Assembly (NCBI RefSeq): GCF_018350175.1
Contig: NC_058368.1
Span: forward strand, 66,032,001 to 66,096,000
Reading direction: 5' to 3'
Length of the DNA: 64,000 bases
From: Felis catus
Taxonomy: Eukaryota
Both the position numbers and the translations under genes were made by a program. This document shows positions 26,623 to 38,851 of this stretch, piece after piece; positions within the stretch are counted from its first letter, which is position 1, and every line of letters begins with the position of its first letter. Below the pieces are notes generated by a model, which made no database searches, had not been told where the DNA came from, and was given only the letters and a program-made list of their open reading frames with translations.

Positions 26623-27084
26623 TTCCTTTTTTAAAAAATTTTATCTGAGTACAGGTGACACCCAATGCTACATACATGGCGATTCAACTTCTCTGTTACG
26701 CTACGCTCACCGCCAAGTGTTGCTACCATTTGTCACCACACGACACTATTACAATGCCAGTAGCTGTGTTCCCTATGCTGTGCCTTTTATTCCCCTGACT
26801 TATTAATTTAATAACTGGAAGCCTGTATCTACCCCTCCCCATCGCCCATTTTGCCCCCTCCCCACCTTCTCCCTCTGGCAACCATCAGTTTGTTTTCTGT
26901 ATTTACAAATCAGATTCTGCTTTTTGTTCCTTTGTTTATTCATCTGTTTTGTTTTTTAGATTCCACATATGACTGAAATCATGTAATATTTGTCTTTCTC
27001 TGACTTATTTCACTTGGCACAATACCCTCTAAGTCCATCTGTGTTGTCAGAAATGGCATGGTCTCATACTTTTTAATAGCTACA
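26623..27084 (-). mobile_element. 5'-truncated carnivore L1 3' end
   Basis: ttagattccacatatgactgaaatcatg...tgacttatttcacttggcac; TSD taatactgcttat/taatattgcttat. Confidence 0.88.
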
Positions 27085-27566
27085 TAATATTGCTTATCGC
27101 TATATCAAATATGCCATAACTTATGCATTAGTTTCATCCTTCACAGTAAACTTCTTTTGAGACTGAAGAATTATTCAGGTGGCCCTGGATTATTTGGGAG
27201 AAGTATCTTTTAAACTTCCTTGACACAAGAAAACTAGAAGCATTTTTTGATATCACTCTTCTACAAATTCTCCCATAATTCATTTCATGGAATTTTGCTC
27301 TTGTTGGTATATTTTCCTCTCCTTCACCCATCCCCAGGATACTTGGGAATCTGAAGTACCGAAAGACACAGTGCCCTGTAATCCTGTGTAGGCTCTTATC
27401 AAGTTGTCCTTGGAAGATGTCTGCTTTCAATAAGAATAGCAAAAAACACTCAATCAGTGAATAGTGCAACATCACTGAAGGCCTCATGCTCCTGATTTTA
27501 TGCCTCTCCTATTTTGTCCTCCTGTTCTCCTGAGAATTTCTTATGGTTAGCTTCCCACTTGTCTTT

Positions 27567-27914
27567 CTTAGGTAAAATCAGGTTCTTCACTAGCTCTGTA
27601 TTTCTTGGCCAGTCATTTGAATTCTAGGTATTTCTCACCTGCTCTCCCTCAGCTGTGGCTCTTGCTTCCTGGTAACTTTGAAACCCACCATTCATTTTCA
27701 TTATAGCACCTCGAGCAGTTTCAGTACATGGTGATACTTATTAAATATTTATTGGATAAACTTAAGAATGAACTCATTCATAGCCTTCCATTCCATTAGT
27801 ATTGAAAGAAGAGGGGAGAGAAACATTTTCTTGGTACATTACTATCTTATTTTTTTTGGCAGACTCCTCCTCTCCTCCTCTCCTCCTCCTCCCCCTTCTC
27901 CTCTTCCTCCATCA

Positions 27915-27954
<40 letters not shown>

Positions 27955-28214
27955 GCTGTATTTTGAAAAGTAGAGTCACCAATGGTTTCTCTTGGAGGAT
28001 CTCTTCCCAAACAGTTGCCTCCCATGCCCACAGAAATTTCCAAATTGAATACTCTCTTCTTTGCTGATGATAGTCCATGGCTCTATTGTCAGCCAGCTGA
28101 TTAGAGCATGGCCAAGTAGGAGTTGTATAATTGCCCCTAAACTTAAGTGAAATCAGGTTCTTCACTAGCTCTGTTTCTTGGCCAGTCATTTGGACTCCAG
28201 GTATTTCTCACCTG
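27567..28214. repeat. Dispersed ~75-bp direct duplication (27567-27641 and 28142-28214)
   Basis: aaatcaggttcttcactagctctg...tttcttggccagtcatttg...aggtatttctcacctg occurs twice; 5 substitutions plus one 2-nt indel. Confidence 0.93.
27865..27955. repeat. Compound (CCT)n + (TGT)n microsatellite
   Basis: Degenerate CCT run followed by about 13 perfect TGT units from 27915. Confidence 0.92.
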
Positions 28215-28370
28215 GAGGTGAGGTATAATTGCCTCCTTAGGACTTTTTCTGGAAAGGTTCAGGCTGGCACTTTGCAAGATAAAGTAAAGAATGGGAATTT
28301 CCGTGGAAGTATACTGGTGCTTTGAGCCATGGGGATTCTAATGTAGGGTTCATCAAGAAATAGCATGACT

Positions 28371-29548
28371 TTGACCTCAGCTGCAGCAACTTCTTACTCG
28401 ACATGTCTCCAAAGGCAAGAAAAGAAAAGCAAAAATGAACTGTTTAAACCTTATCAAGATAAAACTTCTGCACAGAAAGGAAACAATCAACAAAACTAAA
28501 AGGCAACTGATGACATGGGAGAAGATATTTGCAAATGACAACTCGGATAAAGGGTTAGTATCCAAAATCCATAAAGAACTTACCAAACTCACCACTCAAA
28601 AAAAAAAACAGATAATCCAGTGAAGAAATGGGCAGAAGACATGAATAGACAATTTTCCGAAGAAGACATCCAGATGGCCAACAGACACATGAAAAGATGC
28701 TCAACATCACTCATCGTTAGGGAAATACAAATCAAAACCACACTGAGATACCACTTCACACCGGTCATAGTGGCTAAAATTAACAACTCAGAAAACAACA
28801 GATGTTGGCAAGGATGTGGAGAAATGGGAACCCTCTTGCATTGTTGGTGGGAATGCAAACTGGTGTAGCTGCTCTGGAAAACAGTGTGATGGTTCCTGAA
28901 AAAGTTAGAAATAGAATTACCCAATGACTCAGCAATGGCACTACTAGGAATTTATCCAGAGGATACAGGAGAGTTGATTCATGGGGTCACATGTACCCCA
29001 ATGTTTATAGCAGCACTATCAACAATAACCAAATTATGGAAAGAGCCCAAATGTCCCTCAACTGATGAATGGATAAAGAAGATGTGGTTTATATATACAA
29101 TGGAATCCTACTTGGCAACGGGAAAGAATGAAATCCTGCCATTTGCAACAACATGGATGGAACTGGAGGGTATTATGCTAAATGAAATAAGTCAGTTGGA
29201 GGAAGACAGATATCATATGTTTTCACTCATATGTGGAATTTGAGAAACTTAACAGAAGACCATGGGGGAAGGGAAGGGAAAAAATAGTTTCAAACAGAGA
29301 GGGAGGCAAACCATAGAGACTATTAAATACAAAGAACAAACTGAGGGTTGAGGGAGGACTGGAAGAAGGGGGAAACCGGTGATGGGCATTGAGGAGGGCA
29401 CTTGTTGGAACGAGCACTGGGTGTTGTGTGTCAGCAATGATCCATGGGAATCTACTTCTGAAGCCAAGAGCACTTTGTGTATACTGTATGTTAGCTAACT
29501 TGACAATAAATTATATTTTAAAAAATGAAGAAAAGTGATAAATAAAAA
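28371..29548 (+). mobile_element. 5'-truncated felid L1 (ORF2 C-terminus plus 3'UTR)
   Basis: Interrupted ORF2 peptides ([54 protein letters not shown]); probable TSD aagaaatagcatgact/aggaaataaaatgact. Confidence 0.94.
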
Positions 29549-30349
29549 AGGAAATAAAATGACTAATGTGAATCTCTACGTGTGCTAATAACTATATTAT
29601 CCATACGCTAGATAACATCAGTGCTACTGGCAGGAAGGCATATTCCTATTTGTGGAGAACTGGAGAGGGAGGGAGATAAAGATTAACACAAAATTCATAT
29701 CCATGTGTTGTGCATCAAAAATTACCAAAACACATTATGGTATTTGTCTATTTTCCTATATCTATCAGACATATTTTAATATTATTCACCTCCTACCATA
29801 TGCCAGCTCCTTACACTAGGCGTTTAAAGTTATACATGTTCATTAGAGAATGAGTGAGAGTGATTTGGTTTTACTTTCTTGAAAACACCACATCCCCTTA
29901 CTTTCAAGGCAGACGGTATGTATTCCAAAGCAGAAACATTATAAATATGCTAGTTCCACTGCACAGAGGCTAGGATTCATAGCTTTTACCAATGTGGATT
30001 CTCACATCAATGACTCATATTGAAAGTCATCGCTAAAATGTTTCTTCTAAATTAAGTAATATTTAAACTATAATATCTGACTGAGGAAGACGACTATTCC
30101 CTGATGAGATACTTGGGGATCTTATTTTACATTCTGTATTCACATTTGAAAATTTACATTTGGGTAAAGTTTAGAATGTCAAGCAGACTGCACATATAAA
30201 AGGCAATATCACCAAGACCTCATGGTGATGGAGCAAGGTAAAATTAAAATGATGTTCTGTTCTATTGGGTAAACACATTAGAAAGCCCTCTGAAATACAT
30301 ATTTAACTAGCAGAAAGAGCTGTTTTGTTCCAACGATGAGAAATATCCA

Positions 30350-30352
<3 letters not shown>

Positions 30353-30398
<46 letters not shown>
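30353..30398. repeat. (TG)23 microsatellite
   Basis: Perfect TG run. Confidence 0.97.
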
Positions 30399-30400
<2 letters not shown>

Positions 30401-31143
30401 ATTTATTTAAGTGCTATTTGGAACTCTTCCAAAATGAATAATAATATTTACTTACTAACTTCTGTGGCAGTTTTACTTATGTTTTAAGGAATAAAATTAA
30501 GTACAGAAACTGGATCTAGGTAACATTGAATTTGTGACATAATCTGACAAGCACTAACAGAGCTGGCAGGAACTGACGTAGACCTTAACTCACTTCACTT
30601 CCTACGTCCTCATTTTGTTTTTAAGTGTTGTACAGCCTCAATGATACTTAGACTTGGCTTTGGAAATTCTGCAGTTACAGCTATCAGGTATGCAAATTAG
30701 GTCTGTTCGTTTTCTCCCAGACCCAACAAGTTCAATCAGTTTATGGCTTGCAAATGCTTCATAAGCCTGATGCTTTTCTAGGGGGTTTCTAGCTAATAAG
30801 TAAATTACATTTTTAAAAATGGGCTGAATTTTCATCATGATGGTGCTACAAACATTTGTCATCCACATAGGGAATATGTCTCCTTCAGGCTCTGATTTGC
30901 AATTCATGATTGTTTTCTGTCTTATCCTTGTTCTCTCTCAATGGTACAAAATGGAGAGAAGATGGTTTTAGAGCATACACATTTTAATCAACATTCAAAC
31001 TGAATTGGATGGCCTAAAGGTTTTCTGTTAGTATACTCAGTAACTCATTTCCAAGCCTCCGTTAAGCAACAGTTGAAACAATAGATGACTTCTTGAAAGA
31101 AAGTGTGAAAATTTCATTCAGGTCATGCACATCAAACTAAGCA

Positions 31144-31223
31144 ATGACCCAGCAACTCTAGTCCTAGTTATGTACTCAAAAGAAGTGAAAATATATGCCA
31201 TACAAAAATTTGTACATTAATGT
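31144..31223 (+). repeat. 80-bp inverted copy of L1-internal segment 31925-32004
   Basis: Reverse complement matches 31925-32004 at 78/80. Confidence 0.93.
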
Positions 31224-32792
31224 AATTCAAGGTTAACACTATTTAAAGAATTTTTATATAACCCCATGGCTAAATAAAGCTCTAGTTAGCTGATAAAGAA
31301 TTGTATCTCTAGCTCAGTAATTCCTCTGTAAAACTTACAAATATGGTAGTAGGAATTTATTAGTTAAAGGTACTTCTGTCTGTCTTTCATGCAGCTTTAT
31401 TGAGATACAATTTATATACCATAAAGTTTACTGGTAAATGTAAATGGTATTTGAAGTGTAAATGTCAGTGGTATTTCGTATATCAGTACAGTATTGGGCA
31501 ACTGTTTATGTCTCTGAAATTTAATTGTAGAACATTTCCATCACACAAAAAGGCTTGTACCTGTTAGCAGTCACTCTCCACCCCCAAACTCTGTTTCTTC
31601 CATCCTTCACCCTGGCCCCTGACGACCACTAACTGCATTCTGTAACTATCGATGTGTCTGTTCTGAACATTTTGTGTATAAATGAAATCACATGTTCTTC
31701 TGTGACTGACTTAATGTAGTTTCAAAGTTCGTCGGTGTAGCATAATGTTATTTCAAAGTTCATCAATGATGCAGCATCTTGGAATTTCATTCCTTTTAAT
31801 TGCTGAATAATATTTTACTGAATGGAAATACCACATCTAGTTTATCCATTCATCAATTGATGGAAATAAATTGACAAATGATTAAACTAAATGTTTCCAG
31901 GTTTTGGCTAAGATACTTCTATAAACATTAATGTACAAATTTTTATATGGCATATATTTTCACTTCTTTTGAGTACATAACTAGGACTAGAATTGCTGGG
32001 TCATATGGTAGTTTTATGTTTCCAAAGTGGCTGCCATGGTACATTCCCATCAGCGATATGTATAAGGGTTCCAATTTCTCCACATCCATGTCAGTGCGTG
32101 TTATTGTCTGTCTCTTTTATTAGAGCCATCCTAGGGGTGTGAGTAATATCTCAATTTGATGTTCTTTCTGTAGCAACTAATGATGTTGAGCATCTTTTCA
32201 TGAGCTACTTGGACATTTTATCTCTTTTCTGGAGAAATGTCTATTTAAATCCTTTGATTTTTGTTATTGGGTTGTTTGTCTTTTTGTTGCTGAGTTTTAG
32301 GAGTTTGGTATATATTCTGAATACAAGACCCTTATTGGACATATAATTTGCAAACATTTCCGTCTAGTTGTTAGGTTGTGTCTTCACTTTCATGACAATG
32401 TCCTTTGATACACAAACCTGTTAATTTTAATGAAGCCCAATTTATTTTTCTTTCTTTTGGAATCATATCTAAAAATACATTGCGAAATCAAAGGTCATTA
32501 AGATTTACCCTATGTAGGTTTTTCCAAGAGCTGTATAGGTTTTGATCATATTTAGGTTATTCAGCCATTTTGAGAAATTTTGGTGCATGTTCTGAGGTCA
32601 GGTCCAACTTCATTGTTTTTCATGAGGACATCCAGTTGCTCCGATACAATCTGTTAAAGACATTATTCTTAATCCATTAAATGATATTCACATCCTTGTA
32701 AAAACCAACTGACCATAAACATGTATGTTTATTTCTGGTCTTTCAACTCTGTTTTATTGATTTAAATGTCTATCCTCATGCCAGTACCACAG

Positions 32793-32796
<4 letters not shown>

Positions 32797-32838
<42 letters not shown>
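32797..32838. repeat. (GAT)14 microsatellite at the tail of the nested L1
   Basis: Perfect GAT run beginning inside the TSD. Confidence 0.95.
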
Positions 32839-32839
<1 letters not shown>

Positions 32840-33382
32840 GTGAGAAAATACATGAGATCTACCCTCTTAACAAAATTTTAAGTGTTCAATACATATTGTT
32901 AACTATGTGCATATAGTTGTACAAAAGATCTCTGAAACTCTATCATCTTGCATGACTGAAACTCTATGTCCTTTGATTAGCAACTCCCCATTTCCCTCTC
33001 CTTCACAGCCCCAGCAAACACCATTTTGCTTTCTGCTGCTATGAGTTTGACTACTTTTAGATACTTCATGTAAGTAGAATTTTGTAGTATTTGTCCTTCA
33101 GTAACTGGCTTATTTCACTTAGTATAATGTACTCAAGGTTTATCCAGGTTGTTGCAGATGGCAGGATTTCCTCCTTTTTTAAGAATGAATAATACTCCAT
33201 CATATGAACAAACCTCATTTTGCTTAGCCGCTCATCAGTCAATGAACATTTAGGAAACTCCTACCACCTGATTATTGTGAATAATGCTGCAATGAACATG
33301 GGAATGCAAATATCTCTTCCAGAACCTATTTCCAATTTGGGGGAGGGGGGAATAAATACCTAGAAGTGATATTGCTGGATAA
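32802..33382 (-). mobile_element. Nested L1 (L1MA9/MB1-like) 3' end inside the older L1
   Basis: gagatctaccctcttaacaaaattttaagtg...catgactgaaactctatg; TSD taccacagttttgatga/taccacagtgttttgatga. Confidence 0.8.
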
Positions 33383-33809
33383 TACCACAGTGTTTTGATG
33401 ACTTTAGCTTTGTAGCAAGTTGTACTTTTTGAAATCAGAAAATGCAATTGCTCCAAATTTGTTTCTTTTTTTCAAAATTGTTTTAGCTCTTTGGGTCCTT
33501 GCAATTCCATATGAATTTGAGGACTGGCTTTTCCATTTCCACAAGGAAAAACTATTAGAATTTTAATAAGGTTTGCAATGAATCTATAAATTACTTTGAG
33601 TAGTACTACTATGTTAACAATATTAAGTCTTCCAGCACATGAATGCAGGATATCTTTCCATTGGTTCAGGTCTTCTTTAATTTCTTTCAACAATGCTTAC
33701 TAGTTTTCAATGTAAAATTCTATCATCTGTTTGGTTAAATTTACTCCTAAGTATTTTTTTCTTTTAGATACTATTGTAAGATACTATACTATTGTAAATG
33801 AAATTGTTC

Positions 33810-33839
33810 TTTTTTCTTTAAATATTTTTATTTGTTTAT

Positions 33840-33874
<35 letters not shown>

Positions 33875-34046
33875 ATGTGAGCGAGCAGGGGAGGGGCACA
33901 GAGTGAGGGAGAGCAAGAATCCCTAGCAGGCTCCATGCTGACAACACAGAGCCCAGCTCAGGGCTCAATCTCACGAACCATGAGATCATGACCTGAGCCA
34001 AAATCAAGAGTCAGACACTTAACCGACCTAGCCACCGAAGCACCCC
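33810..34046 (-). mobile_element. CAN-SINE nested in L1
   Basis: (GA)n, reverse head; TSD tgaaattgtt. Confidence 0.92.
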
Positions 34047-35046
34047 TGAAATTGTTTTCTTATCTTCCTTTCTCAGATTGTTTATTGCTAGTGTTAAAAA
34101 CTCAATGGATGTTTGTGTGTTGATCTTATACCTTGCAACTTTGCTGAATTCATTTATTAACTCCAATAAGGTATTATTTGTGAATGCTTGGGATTTCCTA
34201 GATGTAGGATCATGTCATCTGCAAATAGAGATAGTTTTAGTTCTTCCTTTTCAAATTGACAACTTGTATTTCGTTATCTTGCTTAATGACTCTAGCTAGA
34301 GTTTTCAGTACTATCTTGAAAAACAGTGGTGAAAGCAGGCCTTCTTGTCTTGTTCCTGATCTTAGGGGAACTCTTTCACCATTGAGAATGATGTCAGTTG
34401 TCGGTTTTTCATAAATGGTCTCTATTATGTTTAGGAAGTCCCCTTCTATTCCGGATTTTCCATAGGTACTTATTATGAATGAGTGGTAGCTTTTGTCGGA
34501 AGCTTTTTCTGCATCAACTGAGATTACCATGTGGGTTTTTCTCCCTTTATTCTATGAATATGATTTATTATATTGATTTATTTTTCTTATCTTGAACCTC
34601 CCTTGCATTCCTGGGATAAATTCCACTTGGTCGTGGTGTATAATTTTTTTTAATGTACTGTTGGATTCAGTTTGCTAGTATTTTGTTGTTCATCTACTAT
34701 TATAAAGGCATATCTGTCTACAGTTTTCTTTTCCTCCTATGTCTTTGTCTGGCTTTGCTATCAAGTAATGCTGGTCTCTAGGAATGAATTAGGAAATGTT
34801 CCTTGTCTTCTGTATTTTGGAATAGTTTAGGAAGGATTTTGCTAATTCTTCTTTATGTGTTTGATAGAATTCACCAGTGAAGCCATCTGGTCCAGAGTTT
34901 TTCATTGTTGGCAGGCTTTTGATACCAGTCCAACCTCTTTACTTATTATAGATCTTTTCATATTTCCTAATTTTTCATGATTTAGCCTTGGTAGGTCATA
35001 TTTCTAGTAATTTGCCTCTTTCATCCAGGTTATCTAATTTGTTGGT

Positions 35047-35220
35047 GTGTTCATTAGTTTTCTTGGCCACCATAACTTACCACCAGTGATTTAAAACCAC
35101 AGAAATGTATTCCCTCACAGTTCAGTAGGCCAGAAGTCTGAGACCAAGGTATTGGCAGAATTGATTCTTTTTAGAGGCTCAGAGGGAGAGCTGATCCCAC
35201 ACTTCTCTCCCACCTTCTAG
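35047..35220 (-). mobile_element. MaLR (MLT1B/C-like) LTR fragment nested in L1
   Basis: ttaaaaccacagaaatgtattccctcacagttc...ggccagaagtctgagaccaagg...gaggctcagagggaga. Confidence 0.8.
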
Positions 35221-35949
35221 GAAAGGAAAGATCTCAAATCAATAACTTAACTTTATACCTTAAGGAACTGGAAAAAGAACAGACTGAAACTCAAGTTTCT
35301 TCTCCCTCCTAATCTTCATCATTTCCTTTCTTTTGCTAACTTTGCTTTTAGTTTGCTCTTCTTTTGTAAATCCTTTATGTACAACATGAGTTATTGATTT
35401 GAGATATTCTCTTTTAAATGTAGGCATTTATGGCAATAAGTTTTTATTTTTGTTTTCATAAGTGTTGTCATTTTTGTTCACCTAAGTGTTTTCTAATTTC
35501 CCTACTGGTGTCTTCTTTAACCTATTGGTTATATAAGAGTGTGTGGTTTAATTTCCACATGTTTGTGAATTTTCTGGTTTTTCCTTCTGATACCAATTTC
35601 CAGCTTCATGCTATTTATACTCAGAGAAGATACTTCATATGATTATAACCTTTATAAATATCTTAAGGCTTGAGGGTTAGCAGCACCTTTTTACTGAAAT
35701 TTAGCAGTCTCTGTCTTTATTAAGCACTCTCCTGGCTGCTGTAGGTTGTTTTTTGTTTGTTTGTTTGTTTGTTTGTTTGTTTGTTTTGTTTTGTTTGCAA
35801 CTAAATCTTCAAATTCTGAGAAAGCTGATTCTGTCATTTTTTGCTAGCTTACTGGTTGCTTCAGTGGAAGGACTGATTCTCAGCAGCCCCAACTCTACCA
35901 TTTCTGTGATGTTGTCTACCTCCTGTGCTTCTCTTACAGACATCTGTAT

Positions 35950-36170
35950 CATGACTTCCTTCAGAAGCCTTCCCTGGGGACCCTGCTTCCCCCTTCTACA
36001 CTAAATGCCCTTTCCTGGGTTCCCTTTCCATGGCACTTCACCAAGACACATAAGTTTTTCCCTGAAGTGATCTGGAAATGAATGTAATCTGAGCATCCTG
36101 ACATTGGTTTGAGATCTCTTTTATTCATCCCCATGAATACTGGATGAATGAAAGTTGCATGCATGACTGA
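35950..36170 (+). mobile_element. L2 3' fragment
   Basis: ttccttcagaagccttccctg...tggatgaatgaa. Confidence 0.5.
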
Positions 36171-37408
36171 ACAAAGAAGAAAGAGATTTGAGTTCTCATG
36201 AACTTACTACAGAGCCTCTTTACAGGGTATAGACTGCTTAAAAAAGTTAAAATTACTTAATATGAAACTACTTTGAATGGAATCTAATCTTTCTTGAGGA
36301 CCTCAAGAAGATCCTTCAGAATTTCATGATATGTTAAGATGGTGAGTAGAAATACCTCATCATTTCTTACAACCCTAGATTAGAAACTATGGAGAATGGC
36401 ATGGAGTCTTGCTCAAAACACAGTTTTAATTTGTTCTGGTTAAATAGTTTATTTACATTAACTTGTTTGTCTTTTGGGAGCAGAAGAAGACAAATAGATT
36501 TATTTGATTATTTTGGCTGTATGATTTCCATAGAAACAAGCACTTACTAGGTATATGTTCATTGTGTATATAGATTTATAACTTGGACATGTCTTGTTTT
36601 CTAAAAATATTCTAAGTAATAGATGTATTTTACATTGGCTGCTATTAAAAATAGCTAACATGAGCATCAATGCATAAATGCTGGTTCAGATACAAAAAAA
36701 TCTTACATATATTAAGGACATGAAATGAATTTCTATTTTTTGGTTATGGGTGTGCTATGCCTCAAATCACATTTAGAAAATGTAAGAATTACTTGCTATG
36801 ACATCTTGATATGCATGATGAACCAGGTAAATAAGTCTTAGTCGTCTCTCTCAATACAGTTTTATTAAGGGTTCTTTTTATATTTCTTGCCATGTTTCAG
36901 TGTATCTTGCTTTAATCTTTTAAAAAAGAAACACAAACAACATCAAGAAAAAACCACAAGGTTGTAACCTGAGAGCTCAATTATTTTTATGTTATTTATT
37001 TTTATGTTATTTTGTAAGAAAGCTTAGTTATAAATTATATGATTATTGAAACTAGTCAATTATAATAGCATCTATAAAATGATTATTAATGTCATTATAT
37101 ATAAACAGCTTCAGAAGAAGTTAACAGAAGGTCTAAACCCAAGATGCAGGGAAATGATATTGGAATCTTACTTGGTAGACTCACCAACTTGTGTGTATCT
37201 TTTGGATCATAGGATAATGGAGTAGGAACCATTGACTGTTCTCCAACCCACCCCCCCCCCCATTGTTGTGCATTCTTGACAGTCTTTCTAGTGGTGAAGG
37301 ACAGCATGTAAAAGTTAGGTGACAGCACAAATAAATATTCATAGCAAGTGGATACCACTTTTATACACTTACCAATTTACTGATTTACCTAAGTTTATTT
37401 CCCAGTCT

Positions 37409-38034
37409 TTCTTTTTTTTTTTAATGTCAATGTATTTTTGAGAGACAGAGAGGGAGCATGAGTGGGGGAGAAACACAGAATCTGAAACAAGCTCCAGGCT
37501 TTGAGCTGTCAGCACAGAGCACGATGTGGGACTTGAACCCATGAACCGGGAGATCATGACCTGAATCTATCACGGAAACTGGTCTGGATCACCCTGCAGA
37601 AGAACCAACCAGCACTCGGAGATCTTGGAAGGAAGGAGGTTTATTTTACACCAGTGGGTTCAGAGGAGGTCATTCCCCAGAGATCTGAGCCAAATGCAGG
37701 TGGGAAGGGTAATTTATAGCGTCATCTTCCGCGTTTGTTTTGACTTTCGCGTGTGTGGCAAACAAGGCAGGAAGAACCCAGAAGAGAAGCCTCTAAGTTG
37801 GGAACTAGAGTTTGTTTTAGTCCCATCAGCCATCTTATGGTGCAGAACTTTACTTATTTTCCCAACAGTAGTTATTTGGCACCTGAGGCAAGCAGGGTGG
37901 GAACAAGAACCTGGAAGGGAAGTCTTCAGGCTGGGACTGAAATTCTCTTATCAGTCTTACTGGCCATCATACAACAGATTTTTCCCTACCAAATCGAAGT
38001 CAGACACTTAACTGACAGAGCCACCCAGGTGCCC
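37409..38034 (-). mobile_element. CAN-SINE split by an LTR insertion (SINE parts 37409-37567 and 37992-38034)
   Basis: SINE TSD tttcccagtct (37398-37408, 38035-38045); consensus resumes exactly across the insert. Confidence 0.92.
37568..37991 (-). mobile_element. Solo ERV LTR (424 bp, ERV1-like), antisense
   Basis: 4-bp TSD aatc (37564-37567, 37992-37995); minus strand begins TG, has TATAAA (37713-37718) then AATAAA (37640-37645). Confidence 0.85.
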
Positions 38035-38394
38035 TTTCCCAGTCTAGTTTCAATATCTAAGGAGTGACAGCTACATTTTTCAAAAATAGTAAAATATCCA
38101 CATTAACTAAAAAGACATTCAACATGTTGTTTCTCAACATGGATTATATTCTTTATTTTTTCTAAAGGAACACACTTTCTTTAGTGGGAAATTTTTTGTC
38201 TGATTGTTTGCAATTTTTATAAATTTGCCATACTATATGTTAGAGATATTACTCCATTCTAAATTTTAAATGTGAGTTTTTAGAACTCCTTTATTTTGAA
38301 AGCAGGTTGAAAAACACTAAATAAGGGGTATAGACCAGTTTGTGGTAACATACCAATGAATTTCCTTGTTTAGATATCCTACCACAGTTATTTG

Positions 38395-38500
38395 AAATGT
38401 CACCATCAAGTGACATTGGTGAGTGAGGGGTACCCAAGACTCCACTCTTTTTGCATCATCTTGTGAGTCTATATTGATTTAAATATAAAAATATTTTTAA
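38395..38500 (+). mobile_element. Ancient L1 (L1ME-like) 3' end fragment
   Basis: gagtgaggggtacccaagactcc...tttttgcatcatcttgtgagtctatattgatttaaatataaaa. Confidence 0.55.
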
Positions 38501-38622
38501 AAATTTGCTATAGCCCAATTATAAAACACCAGTAAATATTTAAAAATAGAAATATCCCTCACACAATTGGCATTTAAAACAACCTTCTTTTCAGAGACTT
38601 ACTTCTAAAAGTCTTCAGTTTG

Positions 38623-38851
38623 GGGGCGCCTGGGTGGCTCAGTCGGTTAAGCGGCCAACTTCAGATCAGGTCTCGATCTCGCGGTCCGTGAGTTCGAGCC
38701 CCGTGTCAGGCTCTGTGCTGACAGCTCAGAGCCTGGAGCCTGTTTCAGATTCTGTGTCTCCCTGTCTCTGACCCTCCCCAGTTCATGCTCTGTCTCTCCC
38801 TGTCTCAGAAATAAATAAACGTTAAAAAAAAATTTTTTTTAATAAAAAAAA
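38623..38851 (+). mobile_element. CAN-SINE
   Basis: Perfect 17-bp TSD taaaagtcttcagtttg. Confidence 0.96.

Larger units (their letters stand above)
31390..35912 (-). mobile_element. Old L1MB-like element, antisense, with nested insertions and a large internal deletion
   Basis: 3' end cagctttattgagatacaattt; ORF2 RT remnants (34237-34530 - ISVDAEKASDK...PLRSGTRQEGLLSPLFF; 33472-33693 -); 5'-end-like segment ~35670-35912. Confidence 0.85.

Noticed and set aside
27842..28189. 115-aa minus-strand ORF with poly-Q (and plus-strand poly-C ORF 27768-28067)
   Set aside because: The homopolymers are translations of the (TGT)n/(CCT)n microsatellites; there is no splice or homology support.
28435..29243. 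L1 ORF2 peptides as an active or domesticated gene
   Set aside because: 5'-truncated and broken into three ORFs by stops and frameshifts.
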